This document shows, one piece after another, positions 20,271 through 29,928 of a DNA stretch of 64,000 bases. A program made the translations under genes and the position numbers. This DNA comes from Promethearchaeota archaeon (GTDB lineage: Archaea > Asgardarchaeota > Lokiarchaeia > Sigyniarchaeales > SOKP01): contig JBHLOI010000011.1 in assembly GCA_048940645.1 (NCBI GenBank), positions 18,204-82,203 of the forward strand, in the 5' to 3' direction. Position 1 is the stretch's first letter, and each line of letters begins with the position of its first letter. Below the pieces are notes generated by a model. It had not been told where the DNA came from. It worked only from the letters and a program-made list of their open reading frames with translations, and did no database searches.

Positions 20271-20576
20271 ATGGGTGTAGAACCGTTAAAAGAAAATGGC
20301 AACATGAAACCTATTCCAAGAAAGATTTTTAAGTGCCCATTTTGTGGATTTTTAATTGAACTTGAAGTGGATCGTACATTATTCACACGGTATGTGAGCG
20401 AAAGCCACTTTTTGTATCCCCACTTGCATATTCATGGCAATCCACTTCATGGAACCCTCTGTTATTTGGATCCTAACATGGCAATACGAAATATTGAAAT
20501 TATCAGAAGTATCGAGATATTCAGGAGTTCCGATACATTCCAACAACTACTAAATAAATGCTTAAATCAGTTATAA
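20271..20576 (+). CDS. Small metal-binding protein (CxxC plus HxHxHGxxxH)
   Basis: CPFC...HLHIHGNPLH; SD-like GAGGT upstream. Confidence 0.65.
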   Translation: MGVEPLKENGNMKPIPRKIFKCPFCGFLIELEVDRTLFTRYVSESHFLYPHLHIHGNPLHGTLCYLDPNMAIRNIEIIRSIEIFRSSDTFQQLLNKCLNQL

Positions 20577-23116
20577 TAAAGATAGGTGAGCTTATTACTC
20601 TTTTAAATTTTACTAAAAAAGGTGAAAATGATGTTGAGCACCATAAAGAGGAAATTTTCAATTATATCCATGACGAGCGAATTCTACGAGTATTATTTGA
20701 ACAAAAAATTTTTCAGCTAAGAAATATCCAGAAAAAAGCGATTGAAAAGGGATTGTTTTTTAGAAAATCATTTCTAGTATGTGCTCCCTCAGGATCTGGC
20801 AAAACTATGATCGGAGAAATTTGCGCATTCCAAAACATTTTTAATAATTATGGAAAGTCTGTATATTTAGTCCCCTTTAAAGCCCTGGCTACAGAGAAGT
20901 ATTACTATTTTAAAAAATATTATAGCAGGTTCAATGTAAATATTGAGTTATCCATAGGAGATTATGATATAGATGATTCCGTATTGGCTAAAGCAGATAT
21001 TATTATCACTACATATGAGAAAATGGATTCAATTCTTCGCAATTTTTATGATAAAGAGTGGATCCATGATATATCTACAGTGATAGTAGATGAAATTCAT
21101 ATCATTGGTGAGTCAGATCGAGGTCCACGACTTGAATCACTAATTGTGCGGTTAAATGAATTCTTAAATTACCCCCAAATTATCGGACTTTCAGCTACCA
21201 TAGCCAACTCTCAATTTTTTAATAGCTGGTTATCTTCATTAGGGAACAATACTACACTTATTCTATCTAATGAGCGACCTGTACCTCTACATTATCAACT
21301 GAAAGTTACTCAAAATAAAGATTCTACCATTAAAAAAATTATTAAAAGCACGTTAGATCAAAAAGGTCAAGTGCTTGTCTTCCTAAATAAGCGAAAGTCT
21401 ACCCAACAGACCTCATTTCTACTAAAAAATGTAGTAATAAATCATATTGACATAAATAATCTTGATAATTGTAAAAAATTAGAGAAATCCTTAGAGGGGA
21501 TCAAGGGAGGACATAAGGAACTCAAAAAAATTGTAAAGTATGGATTGGCATTTCATCATGCTGGATTATTACCAAAAGAAAGAAAGTTAGTCGAGGATAA
21601 CTTCCGGAAGGGAATATTGAAAGTAATTTGTAGCACTACTACGTTAAGTGCTGGGATTAACACCCCTGCAAGAGTCGTGATTCTTAGGGATTTTAAAAAA
21701 TACGTCATTTCTGGGCATAACATCAAAAATTTTTCAGGGTATTATGAAAATGGAGATGGTTTTTCCTATTTTAAACCCTTCTCAGCAAATCAAGTATTTC
21801 AAATGTTAGGGAGGGCAGGTAGACCTGGACTGGATGCTGTTGGCTATGGGATTATTTTGGTAAATAATGTGGAGGAACGGAACTGGATTGAGGATAAATA
21901 TTTCCAAACTCTTTTAACTAAAGAAAGGCTTATCCCAAAGTATAATAACCTTGATTCTGGTTTGAATAAATTAAATACACTTAAAGAACAAGTGCTTTTA
22001 AGAATTTATGAGGAGGGAAATATCACAATAGATCAACTTAAATTATTTTTCGAACGTACATATTTTTGGTTTAATGTTAAACACAGAATGAATGATCAGC
22101 AAATCCCTATTGAACAATTTCTCATGATTAAGGAAATCACCCCCGAAAATATTCTCAAGCTCCATTCGGATAAGGAAAGGGTTAAAAAATTAGAATCCAA
22201 AAAAGATCAAATAAAGCTTTCGGAGATAACTAACTCTACAATCATGGGATTTATTAAAACTGCTTTTGGTGTGTTCACATGCCGATTTGATATTGATTCT
22301 GGGATTCAATGTTCCTGTGGCTTCAAGAATGGGATTTCTGATAATTTTGCCAATGATGAGTTTGCATTTGAATTTTGCGACCATATTACCTCTTTTTTGA
22401 AATACCTCATTGATGTCCCTGATCCAAGTTTCCAGAAGTACATTTCAGACATCATACCCAAATCAATTAAAAATCAATATATTCTTAATTATTTATTCGA
22501 AAAAGGGTTAATTATAAAGAATAATAATGGGCTGATTAAATGCTCTCAATTTGGTAAATTGATTATTAGATTATATCTGTATCCCGTATCTGGAGTTCTC
22601 ATTCGTCATAAATTAGAAAATTGTGCGTTAAATACTTTTCAAGAAATTATTAAAGAGGCATATGACGTTTTACGAGCAGAATATAAGGTAAGAGATTATA
22701 AAATGCTCCAACCGATTTTAGAATGGACAGATGAGGTTCCAATTGAGGAGATTTTAGAGAGATATAATATTATGGCCGGTGATTTGCATATGATCAGAGA
22801 TAATTTAGAGAGGATCATAACATTTATTGGGATTATTGCCATTCATTTAAGCGAAAATGGGTTTGATATTCAAGATGCTATGATTCGAGTATCAGAAATG
22901 GCAGAAACTCTCAAAATTCGTATTCATTATGGGATAAAAGAAGAATTATTTGACTTAGTATTACGATTAGATAACGTGGCACGAGTGAGGGCACGTATCT
23001 TATTTGATGCGGGATATCATACTGCTACTAAGGTGAAAAAAGAAGTTCCCTATATTTTGCATCGTAAAACAGGATTAGGTGTAAATTTATGTAAAAAAAT
23101 TATCAAAGGAAAATAA
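20558..23116 (+). CDS. Hel308/Ski2-like SF2 helicase with inserted SWIM zinc finger
   Basis: APSGSGKT, DEIH, LSAT, HHAGL, TLSAGINTPA, QMLGRAGRPG; CSCG...FCDH insertion; C-terminal HhH VARVRARILFDAGY. Exact start uncertain. Confidence 0.88.
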   Translation: MLKSVIIKIGELITLLNFTKKGENDVEHHKEEIFNYIHDERILRVLFEQKIFQLRNIQKKAIEKGLFFRKSFLVCAPSGSGKTMIGEICAFQNIFNNYGKSVYLVPFKALATEKYYYFKKYYSRFNVNIELSIGDYDIDDSVLAKADIIITTYEKMDSILRNFYDKEWIHDISTVIVDEIHIIGESDRGPRLESLIVRLNEFLNYPQIIGLSATIANSQFFNSWLSSLGNNTTLILSNERPVPLHYQLKVTQNKDSTIKKIIKSTLDQKGQVLVFLNKRKSTQQTSFLLKNVVINHIDINNLDNCKKLEKSLEGIKGGHKELKKIVKYGLAFHHAGLLPKERKLVEDNFRKGILKVICSTTTLSAGINTPARVVILRDFKKYVISGHNIKNFSGYYENGDGFSYFKPFSANQVFQMLGRAGRPGLDAVGYGIILVNNVEERNWIEDKYFQTLLTKERLIPKYNNLDSGLNKLNTLKEQVLLRIYEEGNITIDQLKLFFERTYFWFNVKHRMNDQQIPIEQFLMIKEITPENILKLHSDKERVKKLESKKDQIKLSEITNSTIMGFIKTAFGVFTCRFDIDSGIQCSCGFKNGISDNFANDEFAFEFCDHITSFLKYLIDVPDPSFQKYISDIIPKSIKNQYILNYLFEKGLIIKNNNGLIKCSQFGKLIIRLYLYPVSGVLIRHKLENCALNTFQEIIKEAYDVLRAEYKVRDYKMLQPILEWTDEVPIEEILERYNIMAGDLHMIRDNLERIITFIGIIAIHLSENGFDIQDAMIRVSEMAETLKIRIHYGIKEELFDLVLRLDNVARVRARILFDAGYHTATKVKKEVPYILHRKTGLGVNLCKKIIKGK

Positions 23117-23136
23117 TCTAACTATTGAAAGGAATT

Positions 23137-24114
23137 TTAAGAAAATTTTAATTTCCTTTTTCGTGTTACTAAAATTACTAAGCAAAAAATTGATAAAATC
23201 CCAAATGTAGTTATTAATGGAAAACTCCTAATATTTAAAGGCTTTTTAATTGAAAAAGTATCACTAATACTATAGAACTGTGGATGATCATAATCAATTA
23301 TTTTTATTATAAAGTTATGCCCCTCATATTCTCCAATATTCCAATTAAAATTTCCATCATTTTCGGTAAAATTATTTGTAAGTTGTTCCAAGAAACCATA
23401 TAAATTATCATGGAGTTCTATTTTAACCTTTTGTATGGGACCACTTGAATTCCAACTGATCCTAAAAATTGTTTTACTGTATAATATGTCTAAACTAGTA
23501 GGTCTTAGTATTGTTAGTTTGATTTCAATTGCTCTTAGCTTTATAAAAACATGGTCATTTTCATCCAATATAGTCTCGGCCTTTAATACTCCATTTGTAT
23601 CATATTCCCTCTGATGAATATATGTTTTATTAATCTCACTTTTCATTTGTTGAAATATAGATGAACCAACGCAATAATAGTCTAATGGGTATAGATCCTC
23701 GACTTCTTCAAGATAATCTTCTATAGGTATTGGTAAAAAAATACAAGCTTCAAATTGAATTGGATTTTTATATATTTGAACATTTTGTATGCTACCATTG
23801 TCATTAAAGTCCGTTCCATAATCCCAAAACTCAACATTTACACGCCAATAATTACCATAATCAGAAATATCCAGAATAAGTACCTTAAGTAAATCTCTTA
23901 CCCCAAAACTAGGTTCAGAACCTAAAACTTCAGTAAAAAGAGTAGAATTAAGTTCTTCAACCTCATAAATAAATTCATCACCTTCTTCTATTCCCAAAAA
24001 ATATTCTTGAGCCACTACTTCAACATTATAATAACAAAGAACTAATAATATGTTAAAAAAAGCAACTAAACAATATTTTTTTGAAAAACTTTTCATAAAC
24101 TTCGCTTTACTCAT
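23137..24114 (-). CDS. Secreted surface protein with Ig-like domain and C-terminal TM anchor
   Basis: Signal peptide; ISWNS.G.I..VKIEL...ENDGNFNW Ig-like motif; tail IRSFP-TM-RKRK resembles an archaeosortase-type sorting signal. Confidence 0.65.
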   Translation of the reverse strand: MSKAKFMKSFSKKYCLVAFFNILLVLCYYNVEVVAQEYFLGIEEGDEFIYEVEELNSTLFTEVLGSEPSFGVRDLLKVLILDISDYGNYWRVNVEFWDYGTDFNDNGSIQNVQIYKNPIQFEACIFLPIPIEDYLEEVEDLYPLDYYCVGSSIFQQMKSEINKTYIHQREYDTNGVLKAETILDENDHVFIKLRAIEIKLTILRPTSLDILYSKTIFRISWNSSGPIQKVKIELHDNLYGFLEQLTNNFTENDGNFNWNIGEYEGHNFIIKIIDYDHPQFYSISDTFSIKKPLNIRSFPLITTFGILSIFCLVILVTRKRKLKFS

Positions 24115-24280
24115 AAATCAATTATAAACTTCTGTCTCATAAAATAAACCATCACAAACTAATATAATATTTATGTTTTTGGTCCTCAAAGAATCTATAT
24201 TATTTTACTTTTTAAATGTATTTGTTTCCTCCTCTTTTTTTCCTTTTTATTGTTTCAAACTAGATATTTTAAGAAGGATT

Positions 24281-24589
24281 ATGAATGAATCAAAGGAATC
24301 TGAGGAATTCGATTGGGAAGATTATATTACAAAAAAGAAATCTCCTCAAGAATTCATGATCCGAGAATTTATTGTCTATAAGAAGTTAGGACAAAATTCG
24401 AATGAATATGTGATAAAAAAATTTGATAAGACTAAGGAACAAAATCTTGAAATGTTAAACCTTATTAAAGATATTTTGAACAATGTAGCCAATCTTACTC
24501 CTAAACAAATAATTGATTATTGTAACAGTCAAAGATACTTTATGAAACTTTATTTTAAACTAATACAGGAAGAATCTAAAAATGAATAA
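24281..24589 (+). CDS. Hypothetical protein (start revised from 24173 to MNESKES)
   Basis: AAGGA before ATG 24281; degenerate T7CC-TTTTTATT element at about 24235-24251 lies inside the longer ORF call. Confidence 0.55.
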   Translation: MNESKESEEFDWEDYITKKKSPQEFMIREFIVYKKLGQNSNEYVIKKFDKTKEQNLEMLNLIKDILNNVANLTPKQIIDYCNSQRYFMKLYFKLIQEESKNE

Positions 24590-24649
24590 ATTATTAAATT
24601 TTTAGTCCAATCGCCTTTTTTTATTCCTTCTTTGATAATCAATTTAGAA

Positions 24650-24663
24650 TTTTTCTTTAAATA
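24650..24663 (+). promoter_or_regulatory. T5C-TATA element
   Basis: TTTTTCTTTAAATA, 51 nt before ATG 24707. Confidence 0.65.
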
Positions 24664-24706
24664 AATTTAAAAATATTTAAATTTAAAAATAGTTAGTCGA
24701 TGAAAA

Positions 24707-24967
24707 ATGAGTTCTGGAATAGTAGAAAAAGATAAGGACGTTAATGTTAAGATAGATATACAAAGTGATCTTGAGTTAGAATATATATTATCTAAAATGA
24801 TTGTTCCTTTTACATATTTTTTGGAGGTAGAGCATGAACCTGATATTTATAATGGTAAAGAGTTGATTTCTTTTTCCCAAAGACATTCGACTTATAAAGC
24901 TCTTATGCTTACAGAATTTGAAGAAGCAATAAAAAACTTTTCAAAAGTTATAAAAACAAAGAAGTAG
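24707..24967 (+). CDS. Small hypothetical protein
   Basis: 86 aa ORF with upstream element. Confidence 0.6.
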   Translation: MSSGIVEKDKDVNVKIDIQSDLELEYILSKMIVPFTYFLEVEHEPDIYNGKELISFSQRHSTYKALMLTEFEEAIKNFSKVIKTKK

Positions 24968-24979
24968 ATAAAGAAAAAC

Positions 24980-25129
24980 CTAACTTTTCCTAAAGATTTT
25001 CACGGTATAATCCCAAATAGCAGGATTAGAAAACCCGTCTTCTCGAATCTCTTTTAGTACAGCCTCTTTATCCCTATCTTTTGGAGTTAATATAATGTGT
25101 TCTGTAATTCTTAATTCCTCTTTTATCAT
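24980..25129 (-). CDS. 49 aa microprotein MIKEELRITEHIILTPKDRDKEAVLKEIREDGFSNPAIWDYTVKIFRKS (not in ORF track)
   Basis: Strong SD TGAGGTG; variant element T8A-TTTATATA at 25174-25190 on the minus strand. Confidence 0.6.
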   Translation of the reverse strand: MIKEELRITEHIILTPKDRDKEAVLKEIREDGFSNPAIWDYTVKIFRKS

Positions 25130-25225
25130 ATTACACCTCATTTAGCAATTTTACTATCAAATAATTGCAGAAATATATAAATAAAAAAAATCTCTTTTTT
25201 GTAAGCAAATCCAGATGGTTCACAC

Positions 25226-25239
25226 TTTTTCTTTAAATA
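25226..25239 (+). promoter_or_regulatory. T5C-TATA element
   Basis: TTTTTCTTTAAATA, 57 nt before ATG 25289, divergent context. Confidence 0.7.
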
Positions 25240-25288
25240 TACCTGTTATTTTTAAACAGTACCAAAATCATCTGATATAAATATAATT

Positions 25289-26512
25289 ATGATTACCAAA
25301 AAAGTAGTTCCTTATATTGTACAACGGGAGGAGTTATTTCCTAACACGATAGATGAATATCTGAGAAGGCTAATCCCTCTGGTAAATGTAAACATTAATA
25401 GTGGAGCATGTTATCCATTTGAGCTGGAACATCGGTTAGGAAATACTAAGATCAATCCCTTTCTAAGAATTGCCCACCCAGATGATGCTCCAATCATAGC
25501 TGATATTTGTAAGGAAGTCTATGAGAATTCCTATCCCTATAAAGAAATGGAAGATGAGACATATGTGCGCAGCATGATCAAAAGCCCAACCAATCACTTT
25601 ATCTTATTTGAAACAGAATCAGGAGAGAATGCCGGTTGCTTCCGCTGTGCTTTGGATTTCGAGCATAAAAAAGGCTATATGGGAGGATTCATGGTGCGTC
25701 ACAAGTTCCAGAATAAGCTGGATGTGATTCGAGCAATTATGGGATCCTATATCTGGATGTGGAACTCATTTAAGGAAGATATTTTGGTATGGTATTGTGA
25801 AAATCGAACTGCCCATGCTTCTTCTCAGTATATTACCGCGGTATGCGGAATTAACACCATTGCTATCTTTCCCAATAAGGACATTTTTTTTGGACAAATC
25901 GAGTCTGATGTAATGGGAATCATTTATACCGAAAAGGTTTTACGAGAGATGAGAAGTGCTTTAGTTCCAACTCTCATTCCTTCAGCATTAAATTCATTTT
26001 TTTATTCAGATAAATTATATAGTCTCGGAAATATTAGAGTTGCCCAGCCATCTCTCAACCTGGATTTTAACTATATAAAAGGAATCTATGAGAATGTAAG
26101 GTGTGAATTTGAGGACGATAAGTATGGGTATAAACATTTTAAGTTCACAATTGCAGGAACAGATTCTTACTTTACATTCTTGCATAATACTCACATCCAG
26201 AATTTTGAGAAAGCTGATTATTCAGTCCAATCATTAGAGGAACTTTTTGTATTTATTGAATTTTTAAAAAAATTTATGAAGGAAAACACTATTCGCTATT
26301 GCGAGATGTTTATCTCAGCATATCGGCCTAAACATCAACAATTATTTTACGATGCCGGATTTCGGGCTCGAGGATATATTCCATGCTGGAACTACATACC
26401 AGAACAAAACAAATTTGAAGATTATATAGTGTTTAACTATTTTGAAGGCAATATTGAAAATATAGATTTATTACCTCTAGGATATGACCTGCTAAATTGT
26501 ATAGAAGTTTAG
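25289..26512 (+). CDS. GNAT-fold protein (tandem acetyltransferase-like domains)
   Basis: LRIAHPDDAPIIADI..EVY..SYPY, MVRHKFQNK, ENRTAHASSQ, GFRARGYIP. Confidence 0.6.
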   Translation: MITKKVVPYIVQREELFPNTIDEYLRRLIPLVNVNINSGACYPFELEHRLGNTKINPFLRIAHPDDAPIIADICKEVYENSYPYKEMEDETYVRSMIKSPTNHFILFETESGENAGCFRCALDFEHKKGYMGGFMVRHKFQNKLDVIRAIMGSYIWMWNSFKEDILVWYCENRTAHASSQYITAVCGINTIAIFPNKDIFFGQIESDVMGIIYTEKVLREMRSALVPTLIPSALNSFFYSDKLYSLGNIRVAQPSLNLDFNYIKGIYENVRCEFEDDKYGYKHFKFTIAGTDSYFTFLHNTHIQNFEKADYSVQSLEELFVFIEFLKKFMKENTIRYCEMFISAYRPKHQQLFYDAGFRARGYIPCWNYIPEQNKFEDYIVFNYFEGNIENIDLLPLGYDLLNCIEV

Positions 26513-26546
26513 TATTATAATTCTGCTGATTTATGAATTAAAAAAC

Positions 26547-27050
26547 TTACACTTTTAATAAAGTAAAATAGGCTTTTTCTGTATACTTTAAAACTCCATT
26601 TTTTATGGATCTTCTAATTAGCAATTTTAGTTCTAAGGGAGGGATATCATAATCTTTTGCTAGTATTTCAATCATATAGGCTGGAAATTTTTTATACCTT
26701 GAAGCTAATGTGTTTAGCAAGGCCTGAAATGTTAAAGTATAATCTTCCTTTTCTTTTGAAGTAAGTTTATCACTGAGTGCTTTTGGTGCAGAAAATAGAA
26801 TAAATTCATTTTCAATTGAAAATTGAGCCTCGCCCAAAGAATTTTGCTGTTGTTTCACTTTGTTTACCGCTTCAGTCATTCCATAGACGATTTCTCCCTT
26901 ATCTAAAATGTTCCTGACTTGATGAATTCTACCACAACGCAAACATTTTTTAGTTTTTTGGGTAGTTTTCACATAAGAATACTGTTGACATTTAGTACAA
27001 ATAAAAACCACATAAGGAGTTTGATCTTTTTCCCATTTTCTCTGCTCCAT
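26547..27050 (-). CDS. Zinc-ribbon (DUF1922-like) protein with C-terminal winged helix
   Basis: CTKC...KTKKCLRCG; helical C-terminus; overlaps hef stop codon. Confidence 0.65.
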   Translation of the reverse strand: MEQRKWEKDQTPYVVFICTKCQQYSYVKTTQKTKKCLRCGRIHQVRNILDKGEIVYGMTEAVNKVKQQQNSLGEAQFSIENEFILFSAPKALSDKLTSKEKEDYTLTFQALLNTLASRYKKFPAYMIEILAKDYDIPPLELKLLIRRSIKNGVLKYTEKAYFTLLKV

Positions 27051-29203
27051 TATAGGGTCTCCATTTTATGAACGTTTTCAATGATATTTTTTATTATAAA
27101 ATAGAGTTCTTCCACATCTTCTATGATAACTATTTGAATTTGGGTTTTTTCTGCAAATTCCTTAACTTTTTGTTTTATCACTCTTAATTCTCCATTTATT
27201 CGCTCGGTAAAGTCTATAAAATCCAATATGATGATGATAAGCTCATATTTGTGGTGAAATGCTTTCGCAAAATTGCACAGCTCATTTTGTAATGGTTTGT
27301 CAATACTTTCTGAAGAGTATATTTGGACAAGCACTTTCTCGTAGATTATAATATGTTCATCCATGTTGATAATGGAAAATTGAAATCCTTCCTTTTGAAA
27401 TTTCTTCCGCAATCCAAATTTAACAGGTAAAGATTTACTTACTTTTACTTTTTCCAGAAATTTTCTCTCTGTGGAAGTTTTATGGTCATGTATAAATTTC
27501 AATAATCCCGCTTGATGCTCTCGTTTTACTGGCATTGTATTAAGTGCTACTTTAGGAACTGTTTTCTCTTGAGCTTTCTGAATTACTGAAGCTCTAGGTA
27601 AAAAAGTCTTTTGTTTCCCTTGACTTTTAAGATTCACATTCATCCGTTTTAACTTATTCATTGCAATTTTCAGATAAATCTCATCATGAGTATTTTTACA
27701 ATAAAGAATTATAACTCTACCTTCTCGATGGCGAGCTGTCCTTCCTTTCCTCTGGATAAAACGTATTTCGGATGCTACCACATCATAAAATATTACCAAG
27801 TCGCACTCTGCAATATCAAGTCCCTCTTCTCCAACATTAGTACTTACTAAAACGTTATAAAATCCTTGCTTAAATTTTTCAAGAATTTCCAGTTGATTTT
27901 TTTGAGATAACCCTTTGTCATCCGTAGATTTCGTTGCCTGTCCCACAAATCGAGTGGTTTTAATACTTTCTACGGTATTCAGTTTATTCGTGATATTTCT
28001 TACTGAGTCTCGTAATTTGACAAAAACTAAAATTCGTGATCCTGGAGTGTTTTCTAATTGTTCTAAGATAATTTGTTTCAATATCTTATACTTTGGATGG
28101 ATTAAAGTTTCAGGAGTAAAATCATGATGTTTTAGTAGTTCTACATATAATTGGTATAATCTATATTCTGAAGCAAGAACCTTCACTGCTTTAGAGCTTG
28201 ACTTCTTTTTTGCATCCCCTCTCATTTTTTCTAAGTATCTAAGTAATACATCTAATCCTTGCTGTTCAATTAAGTCAATCATATGATATAAAATAAGGGC
28301 TTGAGCATTCACAGAGAGAGCAGTATACACTCCAGTCTTATCTCCATTATCATTTAATAATTTAACTAATTCTATATTTAATTTTAATAAATCCTTACGA
28401 AAAATTTTTTCTACTAATTTTTCCGCAGCGCCATCTAAGAAACCTAATTGATAAAGATATTGTAGTCGTTCTTTTAATAAATTTTTTATGACCACATATA
28501 CGTCTTCCATTAAATCTGTTAATTTTACGCCTATTTTATATATATCCATAGGCTTTAGATATGTTTTCACGTCCTGATCTGTCCTTGTTCGCGTATGAAT
28601 GTTCTCTTTGCGAATATGGAGGTTTTTACATAATTCACTAATTTTTCTTTGAGATGCTCCTGGAGATGCAGTTAATGCTAAAATATTTCCATCTGGATTT
28701 TGATCGAGATACTCATCTGCAATCAATGGATAGGGATAATCTCCAGAAGCATGATGTGCCTCATCAAATATGATTAAACACGTATTATTAAGCGAATATC
28801 TCCTTTTTACGAGATCATTTCTTAGGGTTTGCGGAGTATAAAAAACAATTTGGTGTTTAGTAAAGAGTTCTGTACGTTTTTCAGGGTTCACCTTTCCTGT
28901 AAGTACAACAAATTGTTTTTCAGGAATGGTCAATAACTTTTTAAAAGTCTCATAATGTTGATTGATTAGTGGTCTAGTAGGGGCAAGGATTATTATTTTA
29001 CTCTTTCTGGGAAAATTTTCTAAGGTATATGCTGTAACAAATACCGCAATAATGGTTTTTCCAAGGCCAGTGGGTAAAACCACGAGCGAGTTCTTATTTA
29101 CGCACTTTTTTGCAATCTCAAACTGGTATTTTCGATACTCAATATTTAATTCCTTAATAAATTCATTTTCAGCAATTTTATTATTTGAATTTGACAAGAT
29201 CAT
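27050..29203 (-). CDS. hef: Hef/FANCM-like helicase with degenerate C-terminal nuclease-like domain
   Basis: YRKYQ, LPTGLGKT, LAPTRPL, DEAHH, LTASPG, STNVGEEGLDI, QRKGRTAR; no ERKxxxD motif in the tail. Confidence 0.88.
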   Translation of the reverse strand: MILSNSNNKIAENEFIKELNIEYRKYQFEIAKKCVNKNSLVVLPTGLGKTIIAVFVTAYTLENFPRKSKIIILAPTRPLINQHYETFKKLLTIPEKQFVVLTGKVNPEKRTELFTKHQIVFYTPQTLRNDLVKRRYSLNNTCLIIFDEAHHASGDYPYPLIADEYLDQNPDGNILALTASPGASQRKISELCKNLHIRKENIHTRTRTDQDVKTYLKPMDIYKIGVKLTDLMEDVYVVIKNLLKERLQYLYQLGFLDGAAEKLVEKIFRKDLLKLNIELVKLLNDNGDKTGVYTALSVNAQALILYHMIDLIEQQGLDVLLRYLEKMRGDAKKKSSSKAVKVLASEYRLYQLYVELLKHHDFTPETLIHPKYKILKQIILEQLENTPGSRILVFVKLRDSVRNITNKLNTVESIKTTRFVGQATKSTDDKGLSQKNQLEILEKFKQGFYNVLVSTNVGEEGLDIAECDLVIFYDVVASEIRFIQRKGRTARHREGRVIILYCKNTHDEIYLKIAMNKLKRMNVNLKSQGKQKTFLPRASVIQKAQEKTVPKVALNTMPVKREHQAGLLKFIHDHKTSTERKFLEKVKVSKSLPVKFGLRKKFQKEGFQFSIINMDEHIIIYEKVLVQIYSSESIDKPLQNELCNFAKAFHHKYELIIIILDFIDFTERINGELRVIKQKVKEFAEKTQIQIVIIEDVEELYFIIKNIIENVHKMETL

Positions 29204-29208
29204 TATTT

Positions 29209-29793
29209 TTACTCTCCAGAATTAATTAATATTTTATTATCGTTAAGAATTAGTTCTTTAATTGGCTTATTCCCGCGTTGGTAAGAAAGAATCTGAACTC
29301 CAAGATCTACAGCTAATTTAGTAGGATATATTAAGCCATTCCCTCGATGTTCGAAAAAATAGGGATGGGTTCCTTTTAGTCTCTTAACTTTTTGAATGAG
29401 TTCTGAATTATTATATAAGACGTCAAATCCTCTACCAATCTTTATATGTTGGAAGTAAAAAATAATATCGCTTAATAAATTTGATTCTGCTTTAGTAAGA
29501 TTAATCTCATTAACCTCCAAATTATCTCCATCTTTTATTAGTGACTTTTTCTTCAGTGCTAAGTAAAGATTTGTGTTTTTCCTTTTTTTATACAGTATAT
29601 ATCCATCTAACTTAAAATGAAATAGTTCTTGAAACTGAAATATGAGATTTAACAACTCTTCACCCTCTTTTGGAAGCAACCCAAGAACGTCTTCTAATTT
29701 GCTAAAGTTAAAATTGGAATTTTGATGTTCATTGAATCGTTTTAAAATGTCTAATATTTCATGTAATTTTTGAATTTTCCAACTTGAGGGCAT
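29209..29793 (-). CDS. Hypothetical protein, first gene of hef operon (possible winged helix)
   Basis: 194 aa; element at leaderless spacing upstream. Confidence 0.65.
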   Translation of the reverse strand: MPSSWKIQKLHEILDILKRFNEHQNSNFNFSKLEDVLGLLPKEGEELLNLIFQFQELFHFKLDGYILYKKRKNTNLYLALKKKSLIKDGDNLEVNEINLTKAESNLLSDIIFYFQHIKIGRGFDVLYNNSELIQKVKRLKGTHPYFFEHRGNGLIYPTKLAVDLGVQILSYQRGNKPIKELILNDNKILINSGE

Positions 29794-29814
29794 CTAATCC
29801 TATAAGTCGTAGTG

Positions 29815-29830
29815 ATATAAAAAGAAAAAA
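29815..29830 (-). promoter_or_regulatory. T6C-TATA element (leaderless spacing)
   Basis: Minus strand TTTTTTCTTTTTATAT, 30 nt before ATG 29793. Confidence 0.7.
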
Positions 29831-29928
29831 TTATGGGTAGTTACAAAAATCAGTGATAAAAAAATAGATCATAATATTCATAGTAATGTAAAAAATTAAT
29901 CATCACTGAGTTTTGTATCAACCCAAAA

